Shown here: piece by piece, positions 53,886 to 64,000 of the stretch
Position numbering within the stretch: the first letter of the stretch is position 1
Layout: the number at the start of each line of letters is the position of its first letter
Notes under the pieces: generated by a model
What the model was told of the DNA's origin: nothing
What the model saw: only the letters and a program-made list of their open reading frames with translations
Database searches by the model: none
Program-made: the position numbers and the translations under genes
Source: Octopus vulgaris
Taxonomy: Eukaryota
Length of the DNA stretch: 64,000 nt
Assembly: GCA_951406725.2 (NCBI GenBank)
Contig: OX597814.1
Coordinates: 153,574,001-153,638,000 of the forward strand
Direction of reading: 5' to 3'

Positions 53886-56800
53886 GACCATCACCACCAT
53901 CACCATTGTCAACATCACCAACAGTGTTTCTAGCAAACAAAATTTACAATATTTTATTCCTTGTCGCCATCACATGCTACAGTGTTTGGGTCAAAGTTAT
54001 TTGTGGAGCTGATGGTGGTTGTGATGAGGGGAGGAGGAATAGATAACTGCACTGGTTCTTGTTTGTTATTTCTTTATCATCATAATCATCATCATCATCA
54101 TTTAGCGTCCGCTTTCCATGCTAGCATGGGTTGGACAGTTCAACTGGGGTCTGTGAAGCCAGAAGGCTGCATCAGGCCCAGTCTGATCTGGCAGTGTTTC
54201 TATGGCTGGATGCCCTTCCTAACGCCAAGGATGCCCTTCCTAATGCCAAATCGAAATCAAAATCAAATTTGATGACTGGCATCCGTGCTAGTCGACCACT
54301 AAGAGTACCATACGAACATGATCATTGCCAGAGCAAAAAGCTGGCCTCTATGCCGATGGCATGTAAAAAGCACCATTTGAGCGTGATCGTCATCTGCATT
54401 GCCTTACTGGCACTTGTGCTGGTGGCACATGAAAAAACATTTGAGCGATGTCATTGCCAGTGCCGGTGGGACATAAAACGCACCATTTAAGCATGGCTAT
54501 TTCCAGTACCACCTGACTGGTCCTCATGCCAGTGGCACGTAAAAGTGTCCACTACACTCTCAGAATGGTTGGCATTAGGAAGGGCATCCAGCTGTAGAAA
54601 TTCTGCCAGATCAGACTGGAGTCTGGTGCAGCCATCTGGTGTGCCAGACCTCAGTCAAATCATCCAACCCATGCTAGCATGGAAAGTGGACATTAAATGA
54701 TGGTGATGAGGAGGAGGAGGATGATATTCTTCATGATTTTGGTTGTCGATTGAATTTGATGCTGACCATCTTCTTCAGTTGTGGATCATTTGATGACTGC
54801 ACATCTCAATCCATTATTTTTCAATTGTAGCTCCTTCTCAAAGAGCAATAGTAACACAAGGCACAGCTGCACTGGTGTGAGTGGAGAACTGCAACTGCTG
54901 TACATACCATGTGCCCTTATGAATAAAGAAATTACAGAAGAAGTGGTATTTCATCATCACAGATGTGTGTGATATCCCACGGCACCAAAGTCCATCCTTG
55001 AGATCAAACATCCCTAAGATCAAATACAAGCTCACCTGAGTTACTTTTCTGTAGCTCTATTGTTGATATTCACAGATATACAGCTACACAGATAGACAGA
55101 GACACACACCAATACACAAACAAACTCACATAAGTATACATACAAAGGTCAGTCCTTTGTTTAGAGTTTGACCTACATTGTTGACTATAGTCTATATAAC
55201 AGAGAGCAACTCCTATCTCTCATATACATACAGATATTCACAAATAAACATACATTTGAACATCATCCTCATTTTATGTTTGTTTTTCCATGCTTGTATA
55301 AGTTGGATAGGTTTTCTAAAGCATAGTCTCATCACCTGTCCCAGTTTTTTTCTATCTCCTTTGTGAGGTTCAGCCTCCTTAGATCAATTTTCCCCACTTC
55401 CTTCCAGTCTTCATTCCTTTCCACATCTTACTTTCAAATGCCTAGCTGAGCATTTTGCTACTGTGTAACATAGTATTTTGAACATAAGCATCATACAATC
55501 TTCTCTTTAAAACATGTTTGCCTGCTGGCATGGTGACTTGTTTGAAATGAAGAAGAGTTGCACATCATCAACTTCACCCTCTTGTCCATGACCATCTCCA
55601 GTCCAGTGGCAAGACTCGGTGAAAATGACTGAGGATGTAGGCAGATGTAGTGGATAATCAAGATGTCTTACTTGCTTCATCTTGCTCTCTTCACTCCACA
55701 ATGTGTTACTGCAGTTGCCTTCCTCTCTGTTGAACCATGAAGGTTTCTTCCCTGGAATTCAGTCTTCACATGTATAAGTAGGCAAGCCCTAATATATTAA
55801 TTAACCCTCAGCTGGGACCCTGACAAGTGCTATTACTCCAAGTCAGAGCACACCTGGGAAAAATAGTGACTAAGAGATGGTTCCACCACTTAACCACTAT
55901 TGCAGCCTGCTTTTTACTTGGAGAGAGAATCATATTGCTGTCAGCATAGGATATACCTCCCTTAACTCCTACCATTCATCCTAACCCTAACCCTAACTCA
56001 AGCTACAGCATTTTCAGAACATTCACCTCCACTGCTAATTAGGCCACTTAGGTAACAAAAACTATCAACTATCTCCAGGGAGCCTTCTGAACATTTGAAA
56101 GAATTTCTTTCCTGGTTGTTCTTACTGCTAACTAGTTATGTGAACCTGCTACATATGAATTCCTCTGTTATCCTGCCTGTGATTCCACCTCTTGTTTATC
56201 TTTAGTTCACATTGATAGCAAAGAGTAAAATTTATATGCTTTTTCTGCATATCAAGCAAGGCCACTTTCCAGATAGTAGCAGCATTCTGTTACTTTGTTG
56301 CTCAGCATTTATCTCAGCTAGGTTTACTTTTAAACTTCTTGATTCTTAGTCCTGCTCCCATTTTTGGAACTTTCTCTTTAGTTTGTAGCGGCTGAAGTAA
56401 CATGCCCCATTAGGTCGAAATGATGTAGCTCACTACCAAATGTAGTGTGTAGATGTAACGTTTGAAGATTCACGCATTGGAGGAACCAGTGAGCATTGAA
56501 GAATGAACACCAAGGAAGAAATATCATTTACATATATTTATTCATTTGCCTGACAGGTAGTTAGAGAGACAGTAGTAATTGCAGTGATAGTGACAAAAAG
56601 GTTGGCTCACTGGTTTGTAGTTGATAGCATAGAAGTTGTTGTCTATCAGTAGAGAGTGAAAGAGTAAGGAATGCACGGTGCTGACTAGAAAGAAGAAAGG
56701 ATAAAGGTGGCATCATCTTTCTTGTGGCTAAAAGCTTCTCTTTGTATGTTGAGTGAAAGGCAAAAGGAAGTGTTGCTCATTGCTTGTTGGTGACTCAAAA

Positions 56801-57129
56801 GAGGAAGAGATAGGATTTGCTCTCTGTTATATAGACTATAGTCAATAATGTAGGTAAAACCCTAAGCAAAGGACTGACCTTTGCTTGATCAACACAGATC
56901 CTTGGAGGTCAAATGTTTCCCCATCAATCATCTGGTGTGGAGAGGATCTGCCCACTTGTTTTGACAAGCAACAAGTAGGTAGATTTGATTTCAAATCTCA
57001 GGTGGGGGCCAAGCGAGGTCCCTACAAGTTCTTTGTCCAATTCAGCTATGAGAGCCAATTCATCAGTATTCAAGAGTTCCCACAATAGTTGGTCTTGAAT
57101 TTTTCTGTTATGGAATAGGAAACTATAAT

Positions 57130-58060
57130 AAACAAGACAGTACTGAAAACTGAACTCTGATGTACACCTATCTACACACTAAATTCTTCCCTGATCTCAT
57201 TGGTAGTATAAATTCTGTGGCTTTCAAAAGTTATTGATCCACACTGAGTTTTCTTAGCAACCAACAGACTACAGGGCATGGAACCTTGTTGAATTCCTTC
57301 TCCAGGTCAGTCTATACAAGGAATAGTAACTTGGTCTTGGTCAAGAAGCTCTTTTGTAGTTGCTTCACTAAGAAGAGGTCATCAGTGGTTCCTTGACCTA
57401 GCACAAACCTTAACTGCATTTCATCTAAGGTAATTCTTTTTCTTAGTAGTTGTGCTTCATTTCTGTAACTTTTTACATCTTGGCCCATGAATTTGACACC
57501 TCTGTTGGTCCTTTTGAGAACATTTTTGTTCTTTATAGCAGTTGACAATGATACAATTACATCAGCTACTAGGGATAAGGACATCTCCCTTTATTACCTG
57601 ACTGGCAATGCAAGTAAATATCATGTGTTCTACTTCAAGAATAGCAGCATGTCACCAACCATTCTATTCCTCATGGCATAATTGGTTTTGGTTTCCTGCC
57701 TTCATATCCTTAATAGCCCTATTCAGCTGTATAGCTGTCAACTTGGAGTTAATCCCTTTATTTCCCATTTGATTCTTCTAATTCATCAACCTCTTATAAG
57801 AGTATTTCTATGACTCCTTCTCAGTGTCAGTGAAGGCAAGTGTACTGCTGTCATTAGATACACATATCTCATCAGCAGCATCCTTATTCATACTGACACT
57901 TGATTCGCAATCCAGGACACCTCATGCCTCTGATCCTGTCCTCATAATGTAGAAAATTAGTAAATCTCTTGCTTTCAGCTTTTTCCCTCGCTAAGCGTTA
58001 CTTGACACCAAGCTTCTCTTTGAGTCACCTGTTCATTTAACTTCTCTTCCTTCTATTCTC
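57130..58060 (-). mobile_element. Old RTE LINE RT fragment
   Basis: RITLDEMQLRFVLGQGTTDDLFLVKQLQK...DLEKEFNKVP, a degenerate RTE RT domain. Confidence 0.8.
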
Positions 58061-58144
58061 CTGAGGTATGTCTCTCAGATGCTCCCAGTTGAGTTTTATG
58101 CACACACACACACACACACACACAATAATATATATATATATATT

Positions 58145-58495
58145 TCTTTACTGTCTACAAGGGGCTAAACATAGAGGGGACAAACAAGGACAGACAAAGG
58201 GATTAAGTTGATTACATCGACCCCAGTACGAAACTGGTACTTTATCTATTGACCCCAAAAGGATGAAAGGCAAAGTCGATCTCAGCGGAATTTGAACTCT
58301 GATTGTAATGGCAGAGGAAATACCTATTTCTTTGCTACCCACAAGGGGCTAAACACAGAGAAGACAAACAAGGACAGACAAATAGATGAAAGGCAATGTC
58401 GACCTCGGTGGAATTTGAACTTAGAACGTAACTACAGACGAAATACCGCTAAGCATTTCACCCGGCATGCTAATGATTCTGCCAGCTCGCCACCT
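58145..58495 (-). mobile_element. Dimeric family-B SINE
   Basis: Reverse complement of the 1221-1634 architecture, with a deletion in one unit. Confidence 0.8.
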
Positions 58496-58896
58496 TTTTA
58501 ATAATATATATATATATATCTACGTCAACACCAACATCAAAATAAAAATCAAATGGAAGCTGTAGTTAAGATAACCGTGCTGGTGACACGTAAAAAGCAC
58601 CATTCGAACGCGGCTAATGCCAGCGCCACCTGACTGGCATCCGTGTTGGTGACATGTAAAAAGCACCAACCGATCATAGCCATTTGCCAGCCTCCTCTGG
58701 CCCCTGTGCTGGTGACACATAAAAAAGCACCCACTACACTCATGGAGTGGTTGTGTTAGGAAGGGCACCCAGCTGTAGAAACACTGCCAGATTAGACTGG
58801 AACCTGGTGCAACCTCCTGGCTTCCCAGACCCCGGTCGAACCGTCCAACCCATGCTAGCATGGAAAACGGACGTTAAACGATGATGATGATGATGG

Positions 58897-58927
<31 letters not shown>

Positions 58928-59693
58928 AATGATGATGGTATATATATATATATGCAATCGACTTAATCTGTTTGTCTGTCCTTGTTTGCCCCCTCTGTGT
59001 TTAGCTTTTGTGGGCAATAAAGAAACAATATATATATATATATATAATAAGGCTATTGTCTATATGTTGTGAGTGTGTGTGTGTGTGTGTTTATATGCAT
59101 ATTTCATTTAACCCATTAGCATTCAGATTACTATAGGTAATGGATCAATAGAATCGGTAGAATATCGGGCAAAATGCCTGTCTTCGAAGTTGTGGTGCTC
59201 CAGCATGGCTGCAGTCAAGTGGCTGACACAAGTAAAAGAATAAACGAATAAAAGAATAAGTACTGGGGTTAATTTGTTTGACTAGAACACTTCAAGGTAG
59301 TGCCCCAGCATGACCAGAATCCAACAACTAAAAGAGGATAAAAGATTACCTTTAAATCATAAAGCGTACTACACTGTCATACATTTAGATAATAGCTACG
59401 ATATTGGCAAGGGATACCAGAGACTTGATAAAATAAATTTTCCTCAGTAACAAAAGCTTAAAAATAAGAAAATGTTATTAAAAGTAATAGAATCTTATCA
59501 AATTTTAAAGAGTTTTAATTTCTGTTATCTAAATGAATTTAAGCGAAAAAGATAAGCTTGATTGGTGTTCGTTATGATTTTTGTAAATCTAGATTTTATC
59601 TGAGATATTTTAACTCTATTCTTACATTACTGCATTTAAGTTTTATATTTCTTATTGACTTGTCATATACACACATATACACACATATAAACT

Positions 59694-59766
<73 letters not shown>

Positions 59767-59977
59767 TCACACTCACACACACGTATTATATTTTCGAATT
59801 TTGTATAGATACTAGAAAAGCATTCTTGTTAACCCGCAGACCCTTTGGGGTAAGTAAAGCAAATCATTAAAAACAGCACCTGGCAGAGTTGGGTGGAGTT
59901 AAGAGAAGGGTTTTGAGTTCAGTCCCAGGCTGACCAAAGTCTTGTGAGTAAATTTGGTAGATGGAAACTGATAAATG

Positions 59978-60010
<33 letters not shown>

Positions 60011-60534
60011 TCATGTTTGTCTCCTAATTACCACAGCTTGACAGCCAGTGTTGGTTTGTTTACAGTCCAGCAGTTTAGCAGTTTGGCAAAAGAAACTGAT
60101 AAAATAAGGACCAGACTGCAAAAATAAGTAGTGGGATCAACTTGACTGACTAAACCATTAAGGATGGGATCCCATCATAGCCGCAGTCTAGTGACCGAAA
60201 CCAGGGATGAAGTAAAAACCTGTAAGTGTGTATATGTATATGTTTATGTGTGTGTGTGTGTGTTTATCCCCCACCATCACTAGACAACTAGTGTTGGTGT
60301 GTTGGTGTGTATATGCCTTTGTAACTTAGCAGTTCAGTAAAAAAGACTGATAAAATAATGACTAGACAAAAAAGAAAAATACTGGTGTTGATTTGTTTGA
60401 CTAAAATTCTTTAAGGCAGTGCCCCAGCATGGCTGCAGTCTAATGACTGAAGCAAATAAAAGATGAAAGGTGTGTGCGTGTGTGTGTGTGATTGTGTGTG
60501 TGTGTGTGCATGCATGTGTGCATGCCATTTTTCA

Positions 60535-61020
60535 TCACCATCATTTTTATGTTCGCTTTTCCATACTCGAATGAACTGGATGAGTTTTTCCTAACGACAT
60601 TTCACCATTTGTTATAGTCCTTTGTCATCTTCTTTGTGAGGTCCGGCCTCTTGAGATTAGCTTTCATCACTTCTTCCAATGCCTTCCTTTTCCCTCATAA
60701 TCCTTCCAGTTGACAACTCTTTACTCAAGTTGTCATTCTCTACACACATCGCATATCCTTACCAGTTCTGTCATTCTTTCTTTCATACTCCATATAATTG
60801 TCTTATAACCGGTCTCTCTCTCAGCTCATTTCAGTACAGTCATTTATGCATCCTAGCATGCCATGCTTACTTTATTTCTTTCCAGCTTTCACACACATCC
60901 TTCACATTCATTGCCCATATTTTTGCTACCGTGCAACCTCACACTGTGTGCACAAGCATTATACAATCTGTCCATCACTTGTTGGACAGAGAATTCCCTC
61001 ATTGCCAACAGAGGTAATAA
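60535..61020 (-). mobile_element. Old RTE 3' fragment
   Basis: CAT tail with gttcgcttttccata, plus a degenerate C-terminal coding signal. A similar piece lies at ~55260-55520. Confidence 0.55.
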
Positions 61021-61220
61021 CAGAGCTTTTTCGACCTCATTCTTACTCTCTGTGCACATATGTGCATGTATGTGTATGTGTGTGTGTGTGCATGTGTGTG
61101 TGTGTGCATGCATCTTTCACCAATGTTCACTGATAAAAGATGTCAATATCAGTGAGAAGACATTAACTGGAGTTTTTAAATTAAACAACTTATATTCATA
61201 CCACAATATGTGTGTGCATG

Positions 61221-61270
<50 letters not shown>

Positions 61271-61474
61271 TGGGTGTATTTATATGTGTATATGACGGAC
61301 TATCCTGTCGAAGACCATGTATGTATGAGTGTTCAGTGAGAAGACAGAAAAAAGAAAAAAAGAAATATATACAAATATAGCAAAGATATGGGAGTGTGGT
61401 TGAGAATTCCACTTCCTAACTACATGGTTTTAGGTTCAATAAACACACACACACACAAACATGTATATATGTTC

Positions 61475-62725
<1,251 letters not shown>

Positions 62726-62733
62726 AACATAAA

Positions 62734-62790
<57 letters not shown>

Positions 62791-64000
62791 ATGTGTGCGC
62801 ATGTGTGCATGTGTGCGCATGTGTGCATGTGTACGTGTGCATGTGTGCTTGTGTGTGTTGAGTATTAACTCTCAGTGGCATGACAAAGTGTAAAATTCTT
62901 AACTAACACATTGAGAATAACTAATATATAAATAAGGAGAGTGAGAATGGGGGAAAGAGAGAGAGAGAGAAAGAGAAAGAGAGTGAGAGTGAGAGAACGA
63001 ACATGATTTCATTTTATATTTCTTATTGACATGCATTTAATATTTTCTCTCAAACGCAAAAACAGTCTGGAAAATTCTCAGTTTACACAAAAAGGAGGAT
63101 GATGTAATATCATATAAGTTCTCTGCTATTAAACTGAGAGAGAAAGTGTGTGGATAACAAAAAAGATTGAAATGAGAAGAGAAATAGATTGTGTGTGTGA
63201 GGGAATAAGAGGATTTGTCTTCTGATAGGATATAGTTTACTCTTATAGCTGGTAAGTAATATTGAAAGTGTAACTGACTTAATACATTTCGGAAATAGCA
63301 CGAATAGGTAAATTACATGGAAGCATGGATACCTTAAGAAAATATATTACTAACTACAGGTGAAGTGTTACATAGAGTGAATTAATAATAAAACTTGGCA
63401 CATCCCCTCATAAAGATTGCCAATTTGGCATAGTCTCTTATAGAAGATCTTTGTAACTTCTGCTTTAATTAGTTAGCAGTACTATTATTATAGGACAGTA
63501 GATTGACAGAATTGGCTGAGTGGAAACCAAAATGCTATATATTATTCTGTTAAATCCCTTTGCATTCAGAGTTTAAATCCCACTGAGTCAACTTCACCAT
63601 TCATCTTTCTAGGGTCAATAAAACAGAGTACTGGTAAAGTACTAAATTTTATATAATTGACTGTAATCTCCCCTAAATTTGTGATATTCTGTTTTTATAG
63701 ACATCATTATTTAGTTCAAATCAAGCTGGTGAGCTTGGTAGAAGCGTTAGCATGCCGGGTGAAATGCTTAGTGGTATTTCGTCTGCCGCTACATTCTGAG
63801 TTCAAATTCTGCCGAGGTCAACTTTACTTTTCATCCTTTCAGGGTCAATAAATTAAGTATCCATTATGCACTGGGGTTGATATAATCGACTTAATCCCTT
63901 TCCCAAAATTTGAGGCCTTGTGCTTCCAGTAGAAAAGAATCATTAGCATGTTAGGCAAAATGCTTTGTGGCATTTTATCCGTCTTTACATTCTGAGTTCA

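Noticed and set aside
55979-55997. (CCCTAA)-like telomeric repeat
   Set aside because: Only about three units; too short to call an interstitial telomere.

Overview
AT-rich, microsatellite-dense eukaryotic DNA, most likely from an octopus or other coleoid cephalopod (inferred from its repeat families, not proven). I see no intact host gene. Nearly all ORFs in the track are microsatellite read-throughs or transposon debris. The window is a mosaic of tRNA-derived SINEs, LINE fragments (RTE, CR1-group, R4/Dong-like), DNA-transposon remnants (mariner, hAT/Buster, piggyBac-type MITEs) and Penelope-like (PLE) remnants. Three things stand out. (1) A decayed PLE at ~36.96-39.91 kb carries a Ulp1/SENP-like cysteine-protease domain between its N-terminal motif and its GIY-YIG endonuclease. 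(2) At least seven minimal type I hammerhead-ribozyme folds occur in several unrelated short elements; one inverted pair has reciprocally swapped stem I bases. (3) Fold-back (inverted-duplication) structures are frequent, and two are centred on Pol III/tRNA boxes. All calls come from reading by eye, and boundaries are approximate unless stated.
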